Source: Candidatus Rifleibacteriota bacterium (lineage in GTDB: Bacteria > Muiribacteriota > Ozemobacteria > Ozemobacterales > Ozemobacteraceae). From it: a DNA stretch of 45,308 bases. The notes under the pieces were generated by a model. The model was not told the origin of the DNA, did no database searches, and worked only from the letters and a program-made list of their open reading frames with translations. The first letter of the stretch is position 1. Each line of letters begins with the position of its first letter. Of the stretch, positions 18,786 to 27,307 are shown piece after piece. The position numbers were made by a program, and so were the translations under genes. Location: contig CAJOQX010000306.1 in assembly GCA_905236865.1 (NCBI GenBank), positions 1 through 45,308 of the forward strand, written 5' to 3'.

Positions 18786-19991
18786 ATGGCAACATTCACC
18801 TATAAAGCCAAAAACTACGACGGCAAGATTGTTTCTGCCGAAATGGATTGTGATTCAAAAGAAGTTTGTATTAGCAAGCTTCGTGAAAAAGGTTATTTTG
18901 TAATTAATATTGCCGAAAAAAAAGGTGGCGGAGCTGGCAATATGAGTTTATTCCAAAGAGGGGTAAACTCACAAGAAGTAAGTATTTTTGCTAGACAGTT
19001 TGCAACAATGATTGGTTCTGGTGTTCCTCTTGTTAGATGTCTAACGATTCTTCAGTCGCAAGCTGAAAATCCTACTTTTAAGAAGATAATTAGCCAAATA
19101 AGAACAGATGTTGAAGGTGGTGCAACTTTCTCAAAAGCTCTAGAAAAACATCCTAAAGTATTTAGCAACTTGTTTTGTTCTCTAGTTAAAGCTGGTGAAA
19201 TAGGTGGTATTCTTGATACAATTCTCGAAAGACTTGCAGAATATCTCGAAAGCTCAGAAGCACTAAAAGCTAAAATCAAAGGTGCAATGACTTACCCAAT
19301 CGTTGTATTCGCAATTGCTGGTTTGGTTGTTGTTGCATTGGTTATGTTCGTTTTGCCACAGTTCAAAGAAATCTTCATGGGTATGAATATTGAATTGCCA
19401 ATGGCAACAAAAATTCTGTTGGCAACGTCTGACTTCATGGTAGGTTGGTGGTTTGTTATTATTCCAGCTATTATTCTTATACCACTTTTAATTTGGAAAT
19501 TCTTCCAAACTAAAACAGGTTCAAGAATTTGGGATACAAACATACTTCGTGTTCCTAATCTTGGGTTGATGATGAGAAAAGTTGCTGTTGCAAAATTCAC
19601 AAGAACTCTTGGTACTCTTATTTCATCAGGCGTTCCGATTTTGCAAGCTCTTGAAGTTACTTCTCAAACCGCTGGTAATATAGTTATTTCCGAAGCTGTT
19701 GATAAAACTCGTGTATCAATCAGAGAAGGTGAATCCATTGCAGAACCTCTTAAGAGTTCAGGCGTTTTCCCTCCAATGGTTGTTCAAATGATTGCAGTTG
19801 GTGAAGAAACAGGTGAATTAGACAAGATGTTAACTAAGATTGCAGACTTCTATGACTCCGAAGTCGATACAGCCGTTAAAGGTTTGACATCAGTTATCGA
19901 ACCTCTGGTTATCGTTGTTCTCGGTGTTGTAATCGGTGGTATTGTTATGGCAGTTTTCATGCCAATGCTCAAATTGGTTAACGTTAACTAA
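18786..19991 (+). CDS. pilC: type IV pilus platform protein PilC / T2SS GspF family
   Basis: MATFTYKA start, FARQFATMIGSGVPL, AGEIGG.L, AMTYP, FTRTLGTLISSGVPIL, GEETGELD, IEP. Confidence 0.95.
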   Translation: MATFTYKAKNYDGKIVSAEMDCDSKEVCISKLREKGYFVINIAEKKGGGAGNMSLFQRGVNSQEVSIFARQFATMIGSGVPLVRCLTILQSQAENPTFKKIISQIRTDVEGGATFSKALEKHPKVFSNLFCSLVKAGEIGGILDTILERLAEYLESSEALKAKIKGAMTYPIVVFAIAGLVVVALVMFVLPQFKEIFMGMNIELPMATKILLATSDFMVGWWFVIIPAIILIPLLIWKFFQTKTGSRIWDTNILRVPNLGLMMRKVAVAKFTRTLGTLISSGVPILQALEVTSQTAGNIVISEAVDKTRVSIREGESIAEPLKSSGVFPPMVVQMIAVGEETGELDKMLTKIADFYDSEVDTAVKGLTSVIEPLVIVVLGVVIGGIVMAVFMPMLKLVNVN

Positions 19992-20003
19992 TAGTTTTCC
20001 CAT

Positions 20004-20045
20004 CAAAAACAAAAAACCTCGCTTATGCGAGGTTTTTTGTTTTTG
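20004..20045. terminator. strong bidirectional intrinsic terminator
   Basis: Perfect 19-bp stem CAAAAACAAAAAACCTCGC-TTAT-GCGAGGTTTTTTGTTTTTG. Confidence 0.92.
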
Positions 20046-20101
20046 GTTTAATTCCTATTGAACAGATACCTATATTTAACTTCTGCAACAGAGAGTAACA
20101 A

Positions 20102-20123
20102 AAAAAAGTTTGCGTTTGCCCTG
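20102..20123 (-). mobile_element. solo ISAs1-like terminal inverted repeat / repeated intergenic motif, copy 3
   Basis: AAAAAAGTTTGCGTTTGCCCTG (reverse complement CAGGGCAAACGCAAACTTTTTT). Confidence 0.55.
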
Positions 20124-20182
20124 TAATAGCCTTTAAACTATATTGAAGTTTGTTCCTTTATTATGATAGTATAAGAATATCT

Positions 20183-23100
20183 ATGAAAAAGAAACGCTTA
20201 CAATCTCTATTTTTACTAATCTTTTTACTTTGCTTAACTTTAGCCTTTTTAGGCTATGGTTGTGGTGGTAATGGTGGAGTTGGACGAGTAATCAATAAAG
20301 AATCTCCTCTTTCTTTATCAGGAAAAGCTTTTTTTCGTGAGCGTCAAGTATATGCAAATATTCCAATTTTTGTGAAAAACCTTCTAAATGAAACAGTTGC
20401 TGTTACTACTACTGATATTAGTGGTTATTATTCTTTTACAAACATTCAACCAGGCACTTATTATCTTTCAGCAACTACTGGTGAAAGTGAAGTAACTTTT
20501 GGAAATATGGTTCAAGTTACAGATCAGGGTGCTACAGAGATTGAACCCGTATCATTATTATGTATTAACAATGTAATAGTAGATTCAATAAGTTCAAATT
20601 CTTTCCACTTAGAATTTAGAACAAATCAGTCTTGTACTTCATTAGTTAGATATAGTGCAACAGGTGGATATGAAATAACTAGAGAAATATCTAAAACTAG
20701 CAAAAATCATCATGATATAACAATAACAGATCTTAATGCTCTCACAAATTATGAAATATCAATTGATTTGGTGGGCAATGATGGGCAAAAATTTACAATG
20801 AACGGATTGACTGCTCATACAATAGGTTTTGCAGGATGTTCCAATATTTCTGTAAACATAGACAATGGAGCTTATGAAACAATAAATCAAACCGTAACAT
20901 TATCTTTAAACGCAAAAGATTGCTATTTAATGAGGATAAGTGAAGATTATTCAATGGATGAATCTTCTTGGATAGCTTATTCCCAAAATTATACTCATAA
21001 TTTTTCAAATACATCAAGTGGAATTAAACGTTTATATGTTCAATTTCGCGATAAAAGTGGTTTAGAATCGCCTATAATATCTGACTCTATTGTTTATACT
21101 ACCTCTGGATATTTAGGCGTATGGATAAATAACGGTGAGGCAATCACAAATCAATCAACGGTTGAAGTTAAAGCTGTATGTCCTGGAGCAACTCACATGT
21201 TAATTTCAGACAATCCTAATTTTTCTAATTCATTTTGGGAAACTTATGTAGCTTTAAGGAAATGGCAATTTAATTCTACAGAAGGGATAAAATACATATA
21301 TTGTAAATTTAAAGGTGGCGCAGCTAACCCAGAAGAAGTATTTAAAACATCAATTCTTTATGACAACTCACCGCCAAAAGTTGAAGTTATAATAAATAAT
21401 GGCGTAAAATCAGTCGCAACTAATACTGTTGAAATACAATTTAGGTATACTAGCTTGCCTTCATATATGAAAATATCTAACACTACTGCACCAACTTCTT
21501 CAGATGATTGGCAAACTTTTAAAACTCCAATACAATGGACTCTACCGCTTGGAGATGGAGAAAAAACAGTTTATGCCATCTTTAAAGATGATGCTGGAAA
21601 CGAATACGGACCAGTTGAGGCAGAAATAGCAATAGATACTGTTGCACCAACAGGAAATACTATTGCAATATTAGAATCAGATAATCCGTCTTCTCAAGAA
21701 ATTTCTAAAGTTTTGTATGAGAAATTACCTGCTTATCTACATTTCAATATTTCAGATGATTCAACAAAAACAATTTACTATCATATAGGTCTAGCAACTT
21801 CAACTATACCAACAGAATATAATGAACTATCCTATCCTGCTAATCCAATCTCATTAAATACAGATATATTATTTATTGGTAACATTAGAATTTGGGCTTA
21901 TTTTGTTGATGAAGCAGGAAATAAAAGTCCTGTATCTTACGTATCACTAGAAGTCGAAGGAGCTGAAATAATCGTATCACCCAGTATTGTAGGTTTAAGA
22001 GCTTCTGGAGAACAAAGTTTCTCAGTAACATACAACAACCTAGACGAAGGAGATATAGGTAGTATAAAATGGATAGCTTCTGGTCCTGGAAGAATGACAC
22101 AAGAGAACGCCGTTTACAAAGCTCCGAATATTATTTGGGAATATGAAGAAGTAACCATAATAGCAACCCCTACTCATCAGCCCAAAAAAATTTCTTATGA
22201 TATTTTTGGAATTGCTACGGTTTCCCTACAGGCAACCCCACAAGTTGTTTATTTACAAAATAACGGAACTTATACTACAGATTTCACAGAAATGCAAATT
22301 GAACCAAATGGAACAGCAATTTTCAACGTTTATGTTATTCCTGATACAACAGGAATAAGAATAACTTCTGTTAAAAGTTTAAATAACAGATTACTTGGAA
22401 CAGCTACAGTTGTATATGAAGAAGCACCTTATGGAAGTATAGCAACTATTACCTATATTCCAAATAGGGAATTTCCTGAGGAGGCTGATAATGATGAAGT
22501 AACCATTAATTTTCAAACACAAGGATCTTCCCCAATTGCAGGTAAAGTCAATGTTGTAATATTCCACGGTGCAAAGATTATTTTAACAGGAACTTCTGAT
22601 ATAACACAAAAAGGAACAGAATTAGTAGTATCTCCCAATATATCAAATACTGGAAGCAGCGTTGTACACTGGGAATTATCCCCTCCTTATGGAGCTAGCT
22701 TTTCTGATGATGAAGATAATCCTCAAAGTGCAACAGATACTCTAAAAGTCGAAAAAGTTAAGATTTATTCTTTAGCTACTGACTCTTACATACCAACTAC
22801 ACTAACAGCGTCAATAGATGGTGCAAAAAAAACTTATGAATTTACAGCTTATCCTCCTCTCAAACTAAGATTAAATATAAATGCAACCGATGCAATGCCA
22901 CTAGCTGACCCAATGATTTTTACAGCAACTTTTGATTTTGTCAACGGTAGTATTGATGAAACAATAGATTGGACATATAAAAATGCAAATAGAAAAACTC
23001 CGATGCCTGCAAATGGGAATTCTTATGCAGATAGAGGAACTTTAACTCAACAAAATAATTATCAGGTAGAATATAAACGTCCAACCAATCGCCCTAGCGA

Positions 23101-24763
23101 AGATGATAAAACTGCTTCAGATATTGTTGAAGTTTATGCAACATCTCGAATAGACCCAAATGCTAGTGATTGCGTAAGAATAAGAATTCGTGAAGGTGTA
23201 GTAGTAGAAATATTCAAAGACATACAAAAAAATGAACCAATAACAGATGCGTATACAAATATTGAAGTAGGAACTTTACAATTTTATGTAAAAGTTACTC
23301 CCGAAATAATAAATAACACATCTGTAACTTGGACTGTCAACGGTGTTACTAGTTCAGATATCTATGGCAGCATTGATAGCAATGGAAAATATACAGCCCC
23401 TAGTTCTTATGAATCTAATTCAGTAACAGTAAGAGCTACTTCAAATTATAACCCATCGGTTTTTAAGGATGTCACAGTTCATTTAAGTGAATTTTGGAAA
23501 CCTATAGCTAGCAACATGAAAGACGAAGACACAGAGGAACCCATGCCTATCAGCAAAGTTTTTGTGGATCCAAGCACTAGTAAGGGAAAAGATTTTGTCG
23601 TGTATGCTGGAACTGGAGCAGAAAACCAATTTGGATATTATGGATTATGGTATGCAAACTTTCCCGACTCTGAAACAACCGAAACAGAAGAAGAAAATAA
23701 AGATTGGTGGATTGGAGTTGGGGGACTTTCTAGTAGAAGTAGAACTGCAAGTTTAAGCTATTTAATTTATGATATAACAATGGATAAGGAAAAAAATATT
23801 TATGTAAGTACTGGAAGCGGTATTTTTTATATAGATTTAAATTCATCAGATCCTAACAATCAAGCTATATTATTAAATCTTACCTCTGGAGCAAATATAC
23901 CTCCATTAACAAGCCTTGTTGCAGCCTTTGATAATTATGGTAATACTTTGTTATTAGCAGGTTCTAAAAATGGAGTTTATTCATTTACTATACCAAAAGA
24001 AAACCCCTACAAGCCATGGGTAGTAAGTTCTCGCAAATTATTAATTGATACCAAAACGCCCTATAGAGAGCAAGAAACACGAACCGAAATAGTAAAAGTA
24101 ATTGAAAACGGAGAAGAGAAAGATGTAGAAGATAAAAAAACTGCTTATTCAAACAATTTAATACCAAATCCAATTTCATCAGCTGTTCGTTCTCTTAGAT
24201 TCGATAGCTTAAATAAATCTTTATATTTTGGCACTTCTTCTGGAAGAATCTACCATTGTGAGAGTTTGGAACCAAATATGGAAAATATAAATGCTGATGT
24301 GTTTTTGGATTCATCATCAATAAAAACAGTTTCTACCAATGTTGATATATATCCTGATTTATCTTATCCTCCTTATGGTGAAGTAAATGGAGTTCCATTG
24401 GCAATAGCTTTAGACGTTATAAATACTAACACCTTATGGACTGCTACTACAAGTGGTGTTTCAAGATCTATTGATTATGGAAGCTCTTGGTCTTCGTTTA
24501 GTTTTGGTGGTGTTGATACCAACAGTAAATGCATTATTGTTGACCCCAATAATACTATAAACGTTATGGCAGGGAGTGAAGATGGGCTTTATCGCTCCAC
24601 TGATGGTGGTAACACTTGGACTAGAATAAGAAGCGGATTATACAATTACAAAACCATTACAACTTTAACTCAAGCTCATGGAGCTGCTAACGAAAGAAGA
24701 AAGGTATGGGTTGGAACATCAGGCGGAGTCTTTATGAGTAGACAATCCCTCTCTTTGGAATAG
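20183..24763 (+). CDS. large surface lipoprotein with Ig-like/FN3 domains and C-terminal BNR beta-propeller
   Basis: MKKKR + hydrophobic core + lipobox-like GYGC-GGNGG; CnaB/carboxypeptidase-regulatory-like (TTTDISGYYSFTNIQPGTY); FN3-like (ITDLNALTNY); three (I)NNG..T repeats; Ig-like TWTVNG..GSIDSNGKYTAP; Asp-boxes SIDYGSSW and STDGGNTW. Confidence 0.85.
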   Translation: MKKKRLQSLFLLIFLLCLTLAFLGYGCGGNGGVGRVINKESPLSLSGKAFFRERQVYANIPIFVKNLLNETVAVTTTDISGYYSFTNIQPGTYYLSATTGESEVTFGNMVQVTDQGATEIEPVSLLCINNVIVDSISSNSFHLEFRTNQSCTSLVRYSATGGYEITREISKTSKNHHDITITDLNALTNYEISIDLVGNDGQKFTMNGLTAHTIGFAGCSNISVNIDNGAYETINQTVTLSLNAKDCYLMRISEDYSMDESSWIAYSQNYTHNFSNTSSGIKRLYVQFRDKSGLESPIISDSIVYTTSGYLGVWINNGEAITNQSTVEVKAVCPGATHMLISDNPNFSNSFWETYVALRKWQFNSTEGIKYIYCKFKGGAANPEEVFKTSILYDNSPPKVEVIINNGVKSVATNTVEIQFRYTSLPSYMKISNTTAPTSSDDWQTFKTPIQWTLPLGDGEKTVYAIFKDDAGNEYGPVEAEIAIDTVAPTGNTIAILESDNPSSQEISKVLYEKLPAYLHFNISDDSTKTIYYHIGLATSTIPTEYNELSYPANPISLNTDILFIGNIRIWAYFVDEAGNKSPVSYVSLEVEGAEIIVSPSIVGLRASGEQSFSVTYNNLDEGDIGSIKWIASGPGRMTQENAVYKAPNIIWEYEEVTIIATPTHQPKKISYDIFGIATVSLQATPQVVYLQNNGTYTTDFTEMQIEPNGTAIFNVYVIPDTTGIRITSVKSLNNRLLGTATVVYEEAPYGSIATITYIPNREFPEEADNDEVTINFQTQGSSPIAGKVNVVIFHGAKIILTGTSDITQKGTELVVSPNISNTGSSVVHWELSPPYGASFSDDEDNPQSATDTLKVEKVKIYSLATDSYIPTTLTASIDGAKKTYEFTAYPPLKLRLNINATDAMPLADPMIFTATFDFVNGSIDETIDWTYKNANRKTPMPANGNSYADRGTLTQQNNYQVEYKRPTNRPSEDDKTASDIVEVYATSRIDPNASDCVRIRIREGVVVEIFKDIQKNEPITDAYTNIEVGTLQFYVKVTPEIINNTSVTWTVNGVTSSDIYGSIDSNGKYTAPSSYESNSVTVRATSNYNPSVFKDVTVHLSEFWKPIASNMKDEDTEEPMPISKVFVDPSTSKGKDFVVYAGTGAENQFGYYGLWYANFPDSETTETEEENKDWWIGVGGLSSRSRTASLSYLIYDITMDKEKNIYVSTGSGIFYIDLNSSDPNNQAILLNLTSGANIPPLTSLVAAFDNYGNTLLLAGSKNGVYSFTIPKENPYKPWVVSSRKLLIDTKTPYREQETRTEIVKVIENGEEKDVEDKKTAYSNNLIPNPISSAVRSLRFDSLNKSLYFGTSSGRIYHCESLEPNMENINADVFLDSSSIKTVSTNVDIYPDLSYPPYGEVNGVPLAIALDVINTNTLWTATTSGVSRSIDYGSSWSSFSFGGVDTNSKCIIVDPNNTINVMAGSEDGLYRSTDGGNTWTRIRSGLYNYKTITTLTQAHGAANERRKVWVGTSGGVFMSRQSLSLE

Positions 24764-24767
24764 TTTG

Positions 24768-24788
24768 TCTCTCATCTCTACATCTTTA
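24768..24788. repeat. degenerate 7-bp tandem repeat (3 units)
   Basis: TCTCTCA TCTCTAC ATCTTTA. Confidence 0.45.
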
Positions 24789-24817
24789 TTGTTGTTTAGA
24801 CAAGTCTATGATATAAT
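24789..24817 (+). promoter_or_regulatory. sigma70 promoter predicting a leaderless mRNA
   Basis: TTGTTG-N17-TATAAT with extended TG; the ATG lies 6 nt after the -10 and there is no SD. Confidence 0.65.
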
Positions 24818-24823
24818 CTATTT

Positions 24824-25246
24824 ATGCTTAATGTTGAAGAATTTGAAAAATTAGTTATACAAGAAAAAAAACTTGCTGCACTTTGTTTTACCGCTAGTTG
24901 GTGTGCTCCTAGTCAAAATCAGATTAATACACTTGAAGAAATTCGTTCAGAATATGAAAAAAAGAATTTTCTTATAGAAGTTATAGATATTGAGCAGTCA
25001 CAAGAATTAGCAAAACTTTTAAAAATAAATAATTTTCCTACTACTTTATTTTTTGCCGAAGGAGAATTAAAAGAGCAGAATTGTCTTTATGGTTATCAAG
25101 ACAAAACAATGTTAATAGATGGTTTCGAATGTACTCTTTGGGAAATTGAAAACAAAAGTTCCGCTAACAAGTATATATGGTGGATTATTGGATTTCTAGC
25201 TCTGTTCGCAATAATTATGATTTATTATACTAGTTATGCTAATTAG
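24824..25246 (+). CDS. thioredoxin-fold protein, CxxS type, with C-terminal TM anchor
   Basis: FTASWCAPS active-site loop, cis-Pro loop INNFPT, C-terminal hydrophobic helix IWWIIGFLALFAIIMIYY. Confidence 0.85.
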   Translation: MLNVEEFEKLVIQEKKLAALCFTASWCAPSQNQINTLEEIRSEYEKKNFLIEVIDIEQSQELAKLLKINNFPTTLFFAEGELKEQNCLYGYQDKTMLIDGFECTLWEIENKSSANKYIWWIIGFLALFAIIMIYYTSYAN

Positions 25247-25252
25247 ACATAT

Positions 25253-27307
25253 TCATTTATTAACTTGACTATCTGGTGTAGAAATAGCAGTAAGACTGTC
25301 TGTGATATCTACACTGTTTTTATCTTCTTTTTCCTTATAAAAACTGTCTTTATTTAACGCATTAGACTTAGTTAATCTCTGATATTCGATTTCCACAGCT
25401 TTCTTTATAGCATAAGAATCAGTGGTATCCCTAAGAACAGCTAATACTTGTGCAGCAGCTATATTTTCTCCTTGTTTATTCAAACATCTAGCATAACTTA
25501 AAATAATATCAGCTCGTCTAGGATTTTTTTCTATAGCTTTTTCCAGATATATTTGAGCTTTTTCATACTTTCCAATTTTTTCAGCAATTAAACCTAATCT
25601 ATTAAGATTATTGCTAGAATCCAACCCTAAAGAATAAGCATTTTCATAAGCTTCATAAGCCTCTGGAAGCCTATTTAACTTTTCATATATTATACCTAAC
25701 ATTTCAAAAGAATCTGAATTTTTCCTGTATTTAGACAATTCATAATAATAAGGTAGAGCAGCTTCCCAATTACCTTGATAAAATTCAAAGCCACCTTTTT
25801 CTTTAATTTTATCTAATTTAGCTTTTAATTCTGAACTTTCTATAATAATAGGCACAGATTTCTTTTCTTCTTTATTTGAATTTTCATTCTCTTTTTTTTC
25901 AGATGTATTTTCTTTTTTGTTTTCCCTAATACTGTCTATTTCTTGTTGTGATACATCTGGTATAGTAGGTTTGTTTTCTACTTTTTCAGCATTTTTCGAA
26001 TCAGTATTATTCTTTGCTTCTTTTTTCATACTAGCTTCAAGAGAATCTAAACCGCCATCATCGGCCATAACAAGTTGAACATCATCAACTTCATGATTTT
26101 CAAGAGCCTCGTATAAAACAACCCCATTAGATTTAGGTGTTGTTTCTTGCTTTGAATCTTTTTTTACAATAGATGTTTCTTTTTTCCCTTGTATAAACAC
26201 AACCTGTTCATTAGTTTTTTTCGTTTCTGAAGCATTGTTTTTGTCATTATTCGTTTCTGATTTTTGCAAAGGAATATTTACAACTGGCTTAATAGTTTCA
26301 ACTTGAACTATAGTTTGTTCTTTTTCTTGTTTGTCTTTTATGGGTTCATTAGGAATTTGCTTTTTGATATCTATTCTGTTCTCTTGCTTGTTACTGCTTT
26401 GTGGTAACATAGCGATTTGTTGGTTATTATTAGGAATAATTGAATCACTAGGAGGCAATATAGGTGTTTTTTGTACATTTTCTAAAGATGCTTGTTTTAC
26501 AGAAACCGAGGAAGAATAAACTTCAAAGTTTTTTGATATTTGAAAATATGTTTCATCTTGTTCATTTTGAAAATATAACCCTACCCCTATGCTTACACAA
26601 ACAACTAAACTAACAAGAATCCAATATATTTTCCAAGAGTTAGAGTTCATATATACAAGATTTATTGCTGAAGAATACATAATATCACTTCCTTCCGTTT
26701 CTCCTTTTGCTTCATCTAGTTTATCTTTTGATTCATCGACTTTAATTTCTATGGTTTCCTGTTTTTTCTGCACATCTATTATTTCTGTTTCAGAACTAGC
26801 TGGTAACAATAGTTCTGCTTTTCTAGGTTTGTTGGCAATAATTTTTATTTTATTGTCATCTTCCAACATACTTAGAGCATTATTAGAAATAAGCTTATTT
26901 GCAGGTATTCCCATAGATGGCAACAATACCCTTTCTACCTCAAACCAATCTCTAAAACTACTGAAAATAGATAAATAATAAGCCTCTTTTATGTTAAAAA
27001 TCCAAACAAGGATAATAGCTACAGAAAAAAGGAAATTAACTACTATTATATAGTTTATTCCAAACAAATTTACAAAAAATTCATATATGAAACCACAAGA
27101 ATAAAGGCTATAAGCAATAAAAATAGAGAATAAATGAATTGTCAAAAAAATTATTCCACGATCTATGTGACCTGCATATATTTGTCCAAGTCCCATAATA
27201 AAAAAAGACATCAAAGCAGCTACACCAGGATTTTTAGTTGATTTTCTAAGATATTCACGCCTAAAATCCCTTAACCATGAATAATCTCTCTTCTTTTTTC
27301 CTCTCAT
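25253..27307 (-). CDS. membrane protein: TM2-like N-terminus, low-complexity linker, C-terminal TPRs
   Basis: KNPGVAALMSFFIMGLGQIYAG TM2-like motif, further TMs, K/E/N/Q/P-rich spacer, TPRs (LGIIYEKLNRLPEAYEAY, GKYEKAQIYLEKAI); ATG abuts the lolA-like stop. Confidence 0.8.
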   Translation of the reverse strand: MRGKKKRDYSWLRDFRREYLRKSTKNPGVAALMSFFIMGLGQIYAGHIDRGIIFLTIHLFSIFIAYSLYSCGFIYEFFVNLFGINYIIVVNFLFSVAIILVWIFNIKEAYYLSIFSSFRDWFEVERVLLPSMGIPANKLISNNALSMLEDDNKIKIIANKPRKAELLLPASSETEIIDVQKKQETIEIKVDESKDKLDEAKGETEGSDIMYSSAINLVYMNSNSWKIYWILVSLVVCVSIGVGLYFQNEQDETYFQISKNFEVYSSSVSVKQASLENVQKTPILPPSDSIIPNNNQQIAMLPQSSNKQENRIDIKKQIPNEPIKDKQEKEQTIVQVETIKPVVNIPLQKSETNNDKNNASETKKTNEQVVFIQGKKETSIVKKDSKQETTPKSNGVVLYEALENHEVDDVQLVMADDGGLDSLEASMKKEAKNNTDSKNAEKVENKPTIPDVSQQEIDSIRENKKENTSEKKENENSNKEEKKSVPIIIESSELKAKLDKIKEKGGFEFYQGNWEAALPYYYELSKYRKNSDSFEMLGIIYEKLNRLPEAYEAYENAYSLGLDSSNNLNRLGLIAEKIGKYEKAQIYLEKAIEKNPRRADIILSYARCLNKQGENIAAAQVLAVLRDTTDSYAIKKAVEIEYQRLTKSNALNKDSFYKEKEDKNSVDITDSLTAISTPDSQVNK

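Noticed and set aside
8064-20123. Intact 12-kb composite transposon
   Set aside because: No transposase and no target-site duplication, and the cargo looks like resident genes; kept only as a hypothesis.
20102-20123. c-di-GMP-I riboswitch (CAGGGCAAAC...ACGCAAA resemblance)
   Set aside because: The two motifs are fused with no intervening GAAA-capped stem and no downstream helix.
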